IMG/VR virus record: IMGVR_UViG_3300037852_000136
Location: 1,665 to 65,664 of that record
Length of the DNA stretch: 64,000 nucleotides
Origin: a virus
Lineage: Duplodnaviria > Caudoviricetes
Direction: 5' to 3' (one strand)
In this document: one piece after another, positions 17,454 through 26,076 of the stretch
Layout: each line of letters starts with the position of its first letter
How positions within the stretch are numbered: the first letter of the stretch is position 1
Notes under the pieces: generated by a model
Seen by the model: the letters and a program-made list of their open reading frames with translations, nothing else
What the model was told of the DNA's origin: nothing
Database searches by the model: none
Translations under genes and position numbers: made by a program

Positions 17454-18523
17454 TGCGGTTTCCCGAAGATGTTATCGAGCATCCCCTTCATGGCGGGATC
17501 CGGGTCGACCGCTTGGGTGGCGATGCCGAAGGGCGGCCCACCCCCGGGAGCGGGTTCAGGGCGGAAGGGAGCCGGGCCGGCTTGCCCGCCGCCAAAACCC
17601 GCTGGCTCGGGGTGAACCGCCTGTGCCGCGCCAGCGGCATTAGCGGCCTCGATCTCTGCCTTGGTCCGTCGGCGACGCCGCGCCGCGGGCTCAGCAGTGG
17701 GGGCAGCCGACGAGGGGCTCTTCCCAAAAGCAGGGGAGGCCGCAGTCGTAAAGCCCGGAGGCGTCTGGGCCTGAGCAGCTGGTGGGGACAAAGGGGGGGC
17801 TTGCCCGCCTCCGGCGGGTGGAGCCACCAGCGCCGCCTGAATCGGCCGATCGTTCCTGCCCACCAGTACGTCGGTCTTCTTCTCGATCGTTGCCGCCTCG
17901 CGGGCATTGAACAAAGTCTCGTCGATGTAGGCCGTGGCCTCGAACGTGAGCACGCCGTTCTTGCCCTTCTCGAAGGCGAGGCGGGTGACGACATCCGACA
18001 GGTCGGTCTGCTGACCCTTGAACTTGTCCGTGTAGCCCTTCCACGCCTTGAAGGACCCTGGCGTCACCCGGAACTGGAACACCATCGCGGGGTACTTGGG
18101 CAAGATCACTGCCGTCCACTTCTCGTCCCGACACGCCTTGATGGCCTTGCCGCTGATCTTGGACACGTCCGAGCCGCGGGCGTTCCACTCGCAAGTGGCG
18201 CACGTCGCGGATTGCGGAGTGATGGCTTCGATCGAGGGGGCAACGCCGTTGGCGGACCAGCAGGTGGGAGGCTCATTCGAGCCGTCCACATAGTCGTTCT
18301 CGTAATACTGCTTGCACACCAACTCGCTGCGATCGACGAAGCAAACGTCCAGGTACTTCTCGGGCACCTCCGCCTTGTTGCCGGCGGCATCCACCAAGGT
18401 GAACTCGTTGCCGCGGATCGAGATGTGCGGCGGCAGCGACCCGCCGATGCCGTCGGCAGCGCCTTCGGCGACGCGTTGGGATTGTCGATTTTGGAGGTAG
18501 GTGGGAAGGGCGAACTGGCTCAT
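17450..18523 (-). CDS. ssDNA-binding/annealing-like phage replication protein
   Basis: PHISIRG..CWSANG.AP..CATCEWN..GS..GKAIKACR; Pro/Ala-rich disordered C-terminus; position next to helicase. Confidence 0.6.
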   Translation of the reverse strand: MSQFALPTYLQNRQSQRVAEGAADGIGGSLPPHISIRGNEFTLVDAAGNKAEVPEKYLDVCFVDRSELVCKQYYENDYVDGSNEPPTCWSANGVAPSIEAITPQSATCATCEWNARGSDVSKISGKAIKACRDEKWTAVILPKYPAMVFQFRVTPGSFKAWKGYTDKFKGQQTDLSDVVTRLAFEKGKNGVLTFEATAYIDETLFNAREAATIEKKTDVLVGRNDRPIQAALVAPPAGGGQAPPLSPPAAQAQTPPGFTTAASPAFGKSPSSAAPTAEPAARRRRRTKAEIEAANAAGAAQAVHPEPAGFGGGQAGPAPFRPEPAPGGGPPFGIATQAVDPDPAMKGMLDNIFGKPQ

Positions 18524-18567
18524 TTGATCTTTCCTTTGTTGCGAAGATACCACTCGTGCTGCAGCTT

Positions 18568-18978
18568 CTAGGATTTCCTGATATTTATGTGTGTGTCAAA
18601 TTGACCTGTAACTCCGGGAGGAAATTCTTTATTGTGCGCGTCGAGATACTCTCGTAGAGGCTCGATGGCGGGCGCCCGCAACTGCATCAAAGCATTCCCG
18701 ACCGTATCCCAATTATCCAAGCAGAAGTCGAGGAACGTGTCGCGGTCCTCGATCTTGGGCGTAAGCGTGGTCTGCCGGTAGGCGGTGCCATGCTCGGTTC
18801 GGAAATTTTCCCACTTCTGGGAGATCGAGAGCGCCAGCAGCTGCTCGTCCATCTGCTGCAAGCGGGCACGGTACGGCGCAAAGTAGTCGCTCAGCCGCTT
18901 GCTCTCGGTCTTGAGCCAAGTGTCGAGCTGCACCCTTGCGGCGATGAGAGCGGCGGGGTCAGAGGGAAGGTCATTCAT
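18568..18978 (-). CDS. Conserved phage replication-module protein
   Basis: Coiled coil, then FRTEHGTAY..PPGV..INIRKS. Confidence 0.65.
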   Translation of the reverse strand: MNDLPSDPAALIAARVQLDTWLKTESKRLSDYFAPYRARLQQMDEQLLALSISQKWENFRTEHGTAYRQTTLTPKIEDRDTFLDFCLDNWDTVGNALMQLRAPAIEPLREYLDAHNKEFPPGVTGQFDTHINIRKS

Positions 18979-19126
18979 CGCAGTACCCTGCCAGTTCTAC
19001 TGCTGCTTCAAGCCGCTCGATTTCGGCAATGGCTTGCGTGACGAGATCGATATCGTCGTCACCCATACCAACAACTCGTCGCATACGCTCACGCAACTGC
19101 TTCAGTTCATAAATCAGGTTCGTCAT
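18971..19126 (-). CDS. Hypothetical protein, 51 aa
   Basis: Fills the gap with overlapping start and stop. Confidence 0.5.
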   Translation of the reverse strand: MTNLIYELKQLRERMRRVVGMGDDDIDLVTQAIAEIERLEAAVELAGYCDE

Positions 19127-20715
19127 AGCTCTCCCCTCTGCACCGCGTCCAGCAACGCGCCCTGCATGGACTGGTTATTCTCAAGGCGCTTGAAAATCTC
19201 CTGCTCCAGCTTGTTGCTCACCAGTTGCACGACCGTCACAGGATACTTCTGGCCAGGCCGGTGGGCGCGCTTGTTCGCCTGCATATATAGCTCGGCCTTG
19301 TCCGTAGGTCCGAACCACACAACTGTCTGAGCCATCCACAAGTTGAGCCCATGTGCCATCGTGCCAGGGTCAGCAACGAGTATTCTCGGCTCGGGTCCTT
19401 CCTGGAAGGCTGCGAAGATCCTGGAGCGTTCCTTCTGGCTGACATCGCCGTTCACCACGTCGCACGACCAGTGCTTGTGAAGCTCCTTGTAGACGAGGTT
19501 CACCACGTTCGTCAACCCCACGAAGCACAATATTTTCCCAGGCGCTTCCTGGATGACAGCCTTAAGCTCGTCCATCCGGGGCTTGGCGTCGAGCGTGTGG
19601 GAGACGTGGTTGTGATCGTAAATAGCGCCTAAACTGATCTGCAGGAACTTGGTGCGCACCGCCGCCTCGTTGACGGCCGTGATCGGCTGGCCTTGTTTAA
19701 CCACCACCTGCAGGTCCCGCTTGAGCGCCGCCATGTGGTGCTTCTGCTCGGTAGTCAGCTCCACCTGCCGCTGCTGCACCGTCATCTCAGGCCCGTCCCA
19801 CACGTCCTTGATGTCGTACCGGATCGAGGGCGTCAGCAGCTTGCGCGCCTTCTCGTAGCCGTCCCGCTGCGGCTTCCAGATAAATTGCGACACCTTGATC
19901 ATGGATTCGTTGCGGAACTGCTCCTTGCCCTTGCCGAAGGCGTTGTTTACCAGCTTGGCCAGCCCGTAGGCATCGGTGGGAGCGGTGGGGGTAGGAGTGC
20001 CGGTCAAGAGCCAGAGGTAGTCCCGCTTGCCGATGATCTGGCGGGCGAGCTTGTGCCGCTTGGTGCCGGCGTCTTTGTAGGCGCTGGCCTCGTCCACGAT
20101 TATGAGGCGAATGTCTTGGCGATCAGCCAGTCTTTTCGAAAAGCCGTCCAATTCAAATCGTTTGTGCGTGTGTGCGCCCACGCCCACTCCATCGAAATTG
20201 ACAATGTAAAAATCAACGTCCTTGGATAGCTCCGCATCACGACGGCTAGCAGAGCCGTGGAGGATAGCAAACGTGCGGCGGTTGAGGAAGTTCTTGAAGA
20301 TGGCATCAGCCCATACTCGCTGCATGATGGAAAGAGGACATACGATCAGGGCCTTCAACTCTGGTTGTTGCTTCATGAGCCAGTCGGCTGCCCACAAGGT
20401 CGCCAATGTTTTGCCAACTCCCATGTCGCTCAAGCAGAAGCAGCGAGGGTGCAGCACCAGGAAGTTGGCAGTGACCTTCTGACTGTCGTAAGGTTTGATG
20501 CCGGGGGCGTGCGGCCAGTCGTAGGATGAGTCGATGACGGGCACAACCGGGTGCCCCAGCCACCTCAACACCTGACTGTTGCGCAAGGTGCGCGGTACCC
20601 CAAATGCGTGCCCGTTAAGCTGCCGCGCCTCGGGAATGTGCGTCAAAATCGACTGCCCGGCTGCGTAAGGCAGATCAGGGTAGACGAGCACGTTGTGGGC
20701 TTGGTCGAAGATCAT
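19123..20715 (-). CDS. SNF2/SF2 DNA helicase
   Basis: DMGVGKT, IIVDEAS, LTGTP, HGLNL, QANKRAHRPGQ. Confidence 0.92.
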   Translation of the reverse strand: MIFDQAHNVLVYPDLPYAAGQSILTHIPEARQLNGHAFGVPRTLRNSQVLRWLGHPVVPVIDSSYDWPHAPGIKPYDSQKVTANFLVLHPRCFCLSDMGVGKTLATLWAADWLMKQQPELKALIVCPLSIMQRVWADAIFKNFLNRRTFAILHGSASRRDAELSKDVDFYIVNFDGVGVGAHTHKRFELDGFSKRLADRQDIRLIIVDEASAYKDAGTKRHKLARQIIGKRDYLWLLTGTPTPTAPTDAYGLAKLVNNAFGKGKEQFRNESMIKVSQFIWKPQRDGYEKARKLLTPSIRYDIKDVWDGPEMTVQQRQVELTTEQKHHMAALKRDLQVVVKQGQPITAVNEAAVRTKFLQISLGAIYDHNHVSHTLDAKPRMDELKAVIQEAPGKILCFVGLTNVVNLVYKELHKHWSCDVVNGDVSQKERSRIFAAFQEGPEPRILVADPGTMAHGLNLWMAQTVVWFGPTDKAELYMQANKRAHRPGQKYPVTVVQLVSNKLEQEIFKRLENNQSMQGALLDAVQRGEL

Positions 20716-21017
20716 TTTGAAGGGGGAGGCGTGAGGCCCCAGACCGACATGGCGATTAGGAATCCCTCGAATGAATCGGCCCAAAAGGCGGCGCCGCCCG
20801 CCGCGATGATGGCCTTCATGCACTGCTCCTGGCGAGGCGTAGGCTTCTGGCCCTGCGCCTTCGTCTCGATACCAACAAAACGCCCGTTGATGCAGCAGAG
20901 GAAGTCGAGAGTCTGCGTGCCGTAGCCGTGTGGCACGGGCATGTAGCGGTACATGCGGGGGAGTTGATCGAGGTAGCGCTTGACCTTGATCTTGAGCAAG
21001 CCCTCTTCGGTAGTCAC
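20712..21017 (-). CDS. VRR-NUC domain nuclease (Holliday junction resolvase-like)
   Basis: E..LDFLC..FVGIETKA..KPTPRQ. Confidence 0.85.
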   Translation of the reverse strand: MTTEEGLLKIKVKRYLDQLPRMYRYMPVPHGYGTQTLDFLCCINGRFVGIETKAQGQKPTPRQEQCMKAIIAAGGAAFWADSFEGFLIAMSVWGLTPPPSK

Positions 21018-21865
21018 TTCGGCCTCGCCACAAAATGGTTCTCGCAGTCTTCGACCGAGCAGTGACCGCAGAGGCCGCTCTTGCGCTTCTCGAACACTTC
21101 GCCGCCCCCCGGCAGTAGCCGTTCGAACTCCGCCACAAGCTTGGTCACCTTCTGCCAAGTGCCGTTGGTATCGGACAGCTCGAACATCGTCCCGAGACGA
21201 TTTTCCTTTAGCCACGCGTAAGAGCCAACGATCTTAGTGAGATGCGGGAACTTGCAGTGAAGCAGGAGCGCGTTGGTCTCCAGCTCGAACGGCGACTCGT
21301 AGCCGGAGGATCCCGTTTTCCAGTCGTTGATGTAGGCGGTCGCACCGTTAATGAGCGTCACGTCGATCTTGCCACGGAAGAACACTCCGTCGTCAAACCA
21401 CCCGCAAGGCTTGCCCTCGCGGGTGATGCCGAGCTTCTGCTCGGCCGTTGCACCGCGCCCGTCGAACGCGGCAACGATCGGCTCCCACTGTTGCATGTTG
21501 GGGGGGAGGGGCTTGCCGCCAAGGCGATATTCTAGTGCCGTGTGAACGGCATTGCCCCACTTCATCGCTTCGGTCTCGACGAACGGCTGGTCCTTCTTAA
21601 CGTAACGCCGCCAAGTCTGGTGGGGGCAGACGTTCGCGTAGTTATTAAGCAAAGTGTACGAATACACGAGGGGTTTACCCGCCTTTGGCGGGCGAACTAG
21701 CGAGGGCGGAATGGGGCCGGGATCGTAGGCTGCTGTCATCGCGGCTTCCTTGTTGACGATCTCATTAATCTCATGGATCGCACGGAAATAGCCAGTGCCC
21801 GTGCGCTTCATGTACTCGTCGGTATCGATCAGCTCGCCATTCAAGGAGAACTGCAAGCCGCTCAC
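21014..21865 (-). CDS. PD-(D/E)xK (Cas4/RecB-like) exonuclease
   Basis: YSYT..CP, GNAVH, RGKIDV, INDWKTG, C-terminal CGHC..C. Confidence 0.85.
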   Translation of the reverse strand: MSGLQFSLNGELIDTDEYMKRTGTGYFRAIHEINEIVNKEAAMTAAYDPGPIPPSLVRPPKAGKPLVYSYTLLNNYANVCPHQTWRRYVKKDQPFVETEAMKWGNAVHTALEYRLGGKPLPPNMQQWEPIVAAFDGRGATAEQKLGITREGKPCGWFDDGVFFRGKIDVTLINGATAYINDWKTGSSGYESPFELETNALLLHCKFPHLTKIVGSYAWLKENRLGTMFELSDTNGTWQKVTKLVAEFERLLPGGGEVFEKRKSGLCGHCSVEDCENHFVARPK

Positions 21866-22266
21866 GCAAACACCTTCGCGAGCGCTGCCACGATCCTGGC
21901 ACGCGCCGACTTGGGCGCCGTCTCGATTCGATGAACCAGATCGCTGAACAAGCCGCAGTCTTCATCCGCCAACCCGCGCGTCACTTGAAGGGCTTCGAAC
22001 AGCGTGAACTTGGGAGCGCGGGGTTGCTTAACCGCACGCTTGCGCGTGGGCACTTTGTCTGGCGGCAGGAGGCTATCAGCGCCCAGCGCCTTCACCTGTT
22101 TCGCAATGTCGTGCTTTGGTTTGCGCGTTGCCTTCGCCGACTTAGCGGTTTTTGGCTTACGACTCTTGCGCGTCTTCGGCGCTTCCTGCTCAAAGAGCGC
22201 GCCAGTCCCCAAAGCGTTGGGCGGAGGCTGAGTCGCAAACGGGGAGAACGCGGGGGTGTCGTTCAT
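21862..22266 (-). CDS. Lys/Arg-rich hypothetical protein
   Basis: AAGGA SD before MNDTP; basic low-complexity tract. Confidence 0.6.
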   Translation of the reverse strand: MNDTPAFSPFATQPPPNALGTGALFEQEAPKTRKSRKPKTAKSAKATRKPKHDIAKQVKALGADSLLPPDKVPTRKRAVKQPRAPKFTLFEALQVTRGLADEDCGLFSDLVHRIETAPKSARARIVAALAKVFA

Positions 22267-22462
22267 GGGGTTGATTCCTTTGTTGGCTAGCCCCGCTGAC
22301 GCGGGGTAAAGGGCAAGAACAAAGCCACTGAAGAAGTACACTATACTCACCATGATGAGCAAGGTCAACATTTGCGATGTGCCATCCGGTGTCGAGAAAG
22401 TCCTGCACGAGATGGTGGGGGACGAAGCAGAACCATCGCTCGCCCCGCGTTAACGGGGTCAT
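22190..22462 (-). CDS. Hypothetical protein
   Basis: ATGA overlap; FVPHH..GWH..HHGEYSVL..WLCSC. Confidence 0.5.
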   Translation of the reverse strand: MTPLTRGERWFCFVPHHLVQDFLDTGWHIANVDLAHHGEYSVLLQWLCSCPLPRVSGASQQRNQPHERHPRVLPVCDSASAQRFGDWRAL

Positions 22463-22641
22463 TTCGCGTTTCCCCGAATTGTTTTCACGGCGTCCAGTAT
22501 CCTCTCGGCCAAGATTTCAGGGTCCATGCCGGGAGACTGTCCTATCATGACGAACGCTCCAACCCCTCCCGCGGTCGCGGGATCCACATCCACGATCAAT
22601 ATGCCGGGAGGTTGCTGCACCACCGTTGCTAGTAGTTTCAT
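22459..22641 (-). CDS. Hypothetical protein
   Basis: Start overlaps the polymerase stop. Confidence 0.5.
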   Translation of the reverse strand: MKLLATVVQQPPGILIVDVDPATAGGVGAFVMIGQSPGMDPEILAERILDAVKTIRGNAK

Positions 22642-24512
22642 TTTGAGTATCTCTCTCCCAAATGAGCCTCGCAATCGAGCGGAAGGCCCGGCAACCACGG
22701 CACCTCGCGCTTCATCTCCGCAACGCAGCGCTCGACATGCCACGCTTCCTTGCCATCCTTGGGGATAAGTACCAGCAATTCGTCGTAGGGCCAGTTGAGA
22801 ACCCGATAACCCATGCGCGTGATTCGCACCATGGCTTGCGAGACGATAACGCGCGACACGCCCTCGCAGATGTTCTGCACCAGCTTGGATCCCCACATTT
22901 TCTTCCAGCCGTGCCGTGTCTTGACCCGCCAGTAGCCGCCGGCCTCGAACTCGCGCACCTCTTCGGTTTCATCGGGGTGGTGATATTCAAGGGTGTCGTA
23001 CAGCATGGCAATGCCGCTAGGAAGAATGAGCTTGTGATCGCGGACGGTCAACGGCCCCCACTGCATTTCCGCGCCTCCAGCGAGCCGCGCCAGCATCTTA
23101 CCGGCTTGCGCCCAGTAGCCGATGTTCTTGGCACAGACCGACGGGTTGTCCTCGCGGTACATCGCTACGAACCGAGTGGCGTCCTCGATCGAGATCTCCA
23201 CTGGTGGACCGTACAGCCCCGCCTTCGCGGTTGCCTTGAACTTCTTGCCCGCGGCACCATATCCGCACATGAGTCGCCCTTGCTTTCCCATTCCTCGCTT
23301 CGCTACCATCTCCTCGTAGCGGGGATCGCCATGCTCGGGCTTATATATTTCCTCCTCGTAGAACCGCGAGGCGACAGGAATGTAGACATCCTTGCCTTGG
23401 CGGAACTGCTGGATCACAGGCTCATCCGGGCCGCCCGCCAAGTAGTGCAGCACGCGGCATTCGATCTGACTCGAATCGATCGGCGCCAACAGGTAACCTT
23501 CAGGCGCCATAATTGAGCGCCTCAGATCGGACGCGCGCTTGAAGTTGAGCCAGTTGGCTCCATCCCCCCCTGATGGACGAAGAGTACCAGCTCCCGCGTA
23601 GCGCAGATAAACACACAGAGGTCCCCGACGAGCCATCCAGCCCAACGTTTCGGCACGTGTCTGCATGCCGGTGCTCTTGGCGCCGATGCGAGCCTCTGCC
23701 AGTCCTCTAACTCGGTCATTCTCATCCTCCAAAAGGTCGCGCATGAAATCGTCGGTCTTGGCGATGGCAGGAATAGGGCCGTTCTTGCCGTTCTTATATT
23801 CGATCTCGACCCCTTCGGCCTCCAAAAGAGCAATGAACTTGTCGGCCGACTGCAGCTCGGTCTCGCTGATGGCGAGCGCCTGCATCCGTGCTTGCTTCTG
23901 ATCGCGCTCGCGTTCCCAGATCTTGCCCAGCAGTTCGATGTCGGCGCCGAGCACGGGATTTACGAACATCTTGATGATCGTATCTATCACCTCGAACTCT
24001 TCAGGCGGCATCTGCGGGCCGAGCTTCTTAAACAAGTCCCACGTCAAATTCACATCATGGCAAGCACCGTCCGCCACTTGCTGTTTGACTTCCTCAGACA
24101 GTTCCCACCAATGCCGGCCCTTAAACAGTTGGTAAGGGACGGTTTTAGCCATCATCCCGTACTGCTTGGCAAGCGCATCAAGGCCGACAGACAAATGGTT
24201 GCCGATCAGCAGCCGCGCGCACGAAAGCGTATCGAACCAAAACTTCGGTCGCACGCCGTAGTGATGCGAGAGGATTAATCCGTCAAAGGCGGCGTGATGC
24301 GCCAGTATCGCGGTGTCCGACCAATCTTCTTCCTTAAAAATGTGAACGCACTCTTCGTGCGTATAAAAGCGCGGCTCGTGGTGTTCGCTCCACTTGATGG
24401 CCCAGCCGTGACATTCAAACTTCGGATCTCTGCAGTACGACTCCGTATTCATCTTGGACAGAGTCATAGTGTCGTCAAAGTACGTTTCTGCGTCAGCACA
24501 GATGATTCTCAC
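22638..24512 (-). CDS. DNA polymerase family A with 3'-5' exonuclease
   Basis: Exo DAETY, HHAAFD, ACHDV; motif A IDSSQIECRVL; motif B KRGMGKQGRLMCGYG; motif C PYDELLV. Confidence 0.92.
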   Translation of the reverse strand: MRIICADAETYFDDTMTLSKMNTESYCRDPKFECHGWAIKWSEHHEPRFYTHEECVHIFKEEDWSDTAILAHHAAFDGLILSHHYGVRPKFWFDTLSCARLLIGNHLSVGLDALAKQYGMMAKTVPYQLFKGRHWWELSEEVKQQVADGACHDVNLTWDLFKKLGPQMPPEEFEVIDTIIKMFVNPVLGADIELLGKIWERERDQKQARMQALAISETELQSADKFIALLEAEGVEIEYKNGKNGPIPAIAKTDDFMRDLLEDENDRVRGLAEARIGAKSTGMQTRAETLGWMARRGPLCVYLRYAGAGTLRPSGGDGANWLNFKRASDLRRSIMAPEGYLLAPIDSSQIECRVLHYLAGGPDEPVIQQFRQGKDVYIPVASRFYEEEIYKPEHGDPRYEEMVAKRGMGKQGRLMCGYGAAGKKFKATAKAGLYGPPVEISIEDATRFVAMYREDNPSVCAKNIGYWAQAGKMLARLAGGAEMQWGPLTVRDHKLILPSGIAMLYDTLEYHHPDETEEVREFEAGGYWRVKTRHGWKKMWGSKLVQNICEGVSRVIVSQAMVRITRMGYRVLNWPYDELLVLIPKDGKEAWHVERCVAEMKREVPWLPGLPLDCEAHLGERYSK

Positions 24513-24817
24513 AACGCCACCAACCGGTAAACCGCCCCATGTCCCATCGTCGAGTTGATGACGCATCCGAGCGAGCGGAGTTTCTGCTTGTTCATCTGCA
24601 TGATGTGCACGCTCACGATCGATAGCGATGTTGCTCCGCCGTCGGGATCATCAGCGTAAGCGTAACTCGCCACCTGATCGCGCGTGGCACCCTCGGGATG
24701 CTTAGCGATGAACTCGTAGATGCGCGCCTTGATGGGCGACTTCGGCGCAAACGGGTTGGCGGGCGGGAGGAGTTGGCCGCAGGTGGGACAATTCTTAGTC
24801 ACTATATTATTCCCCAC
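24509..24817 (-). CDS. Winged-helix (OmpR C-terminal-like) DNA-binding protein
   Basis: CPTCG; TRDQV..IVSVHIMQMNK..INSTMGHGAVYRL. Confidence 0.7.
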   Translation of the reverse strand: MGNNIVTKNCPTCGQLLPPANPFAPKSPIKARIYEFIAKHPEGATRDQVASYAYADDPDGGATSLSIVSVHIMQMNKQKLRSLGCVINSTMGHGAVYRLVAL

Positions 24818-25209
24818 CTGCGAAGGACCACGGCGGTTCCAATAATGAACATGACTACCAAAGACATTTCTACAAAATCTCCACTGAAATCCGAGTTGGG
24901 ATTGGCAACTCTTATCGCTTGCTCGGCTGCTACAATAGCTGGCGACGATGGACTTACGAAAATCGTCATCGTTGTTGTCCTTCCATCCTATGCTTAAGCC
25001 TCACGAAACCCCAAGCAACCGGCACCCAGAACAGAACCGCGAGGGCGTGGGAGAGGAGAAAGTGGATCACGCCGTCCCTCCTTCGCCTACCACCTGTAAA
25101 TCTGATGCCTGGCGTCGGCTTTCCGACCGGCTCGTGCGTCGTGCCGCAAGCCACGCCTTTTGTTCGTCGGTCATTTCCGGTTAGTCCTGTGATGAGAATC
25201 GCCGCTATT

Positions 25210-25428
25210 TCAACCCACCCGAACCACAAGAGGAGTTCGCCGGAAGACCCGGTAAAAACCCTCTTGTTTCTCGAAAAAGGCGCGGGAGCCGGCTGCGCGG
25301 ATGTCTCGCACCCGTTGTTTGGCCTGCTTACGCAGATCGCCACGCGATGTATCGCAAATATCGCAGTCGCATTCGTATCGAACTCCGTTCCGGGTGCGGA
25401 AGCTGTCAGTTTGGTGTTTGAATGGCAT
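25210..25428 (-). CDS. Hypothetical protein followed by junction repeat
   Basis: AGGAGG SD; repeat copy at 25183-25197. Confidence 0.6.
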   Translation of the reverse strand: MPFKHQTDSFRTRNGVRYECDCDICDTSRGDLRKQAKQRVRDIRAAGSRAFFEKQEGFYRVFRRTPLVVRVG

Positions 25429-25553
25429 TGCCGCCTCCTCCTGTTGCCTCTCTACTGAAATTCTTTCGACTCACGCCGCGACCCGGTAGTGACTCACCTG
25501 TTCGGCAATTTTAAGCGCCTTGATCGCAAGTTTCAGCTTTTGCTTATCAGAAG

Positions 25554-25811
25554 TCACCAATCGAACCTCCTCTTGTCCTTGAGCCACGCATCGATGCCAG
25601 CGCACGCGGCCTTGTAGCGGAGCCACACAGTTGGGTGGATCTTGCGACCCTTGCGCTCGGGCGAGCGCTCCCCCTTGTAAGTGCGGGGCGGCGTCTTGCC
25701 AACTTCCAGCCAATACAAAGAGCTTACAGAGTAACCAATGAGTGGGCCAAGCTCGGCATGGGACAGTCCGTGCCGCTCGCGCCATGCTTTTGCTTTCTCG
25801 CTTTCAGTCAT
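25554..25811 (-). CDS. XRE/Cro-type HTH regulator
   Basis: KAWRERHGLSHAELGPLIGYSVSSLYWLEVG; first gene of the leftward operon. Confidence 0.85.
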   Translation of the reverse strand: MTESEKAKAWRERHGLSHAELGPLIGYSVSSLYWLEVGKTPPRTYKGERSPERKGRKIHPTVWLRYKAACAGIDAWLKDKRRFDW

Positions 25812-25817
25812 AACTAC

Positions 25818-25863
25818 TCCCTACGATGTCGCAAAGAGTAAGTCAACCCCGCCGAGAGGCGGG
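25818..25863 (-). promoter_or_regulatory. Leftward sigma70-like promoter with upstream GC hairpin
   Basis: TTGACT-N17-TAGGGA; spacer contains TACTCTTT; CCCGCC-TCTC-GGCGGG upstream. Confidence 0.6.
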
Positions 25864-26076
25864 CAGGTCACACGAGATTGTGAACGTGGGATGACGGAAG
25901 TGAGGGGTAGCGTGTTCATCCCGCGCCAGCGGGGGAAAGAAGCGGCCCGCCGGGTGAGGGCGGGCCGAGAGGTGCTGCACAACAGGTTGTGTCCAGGGAG
26001 GACATACGCCAACCCAAGAGGAGGTCGACGCCACGTGTATTTGTGGCGTGCCTCCCTGAAAATGTCAAGGAGTAGT

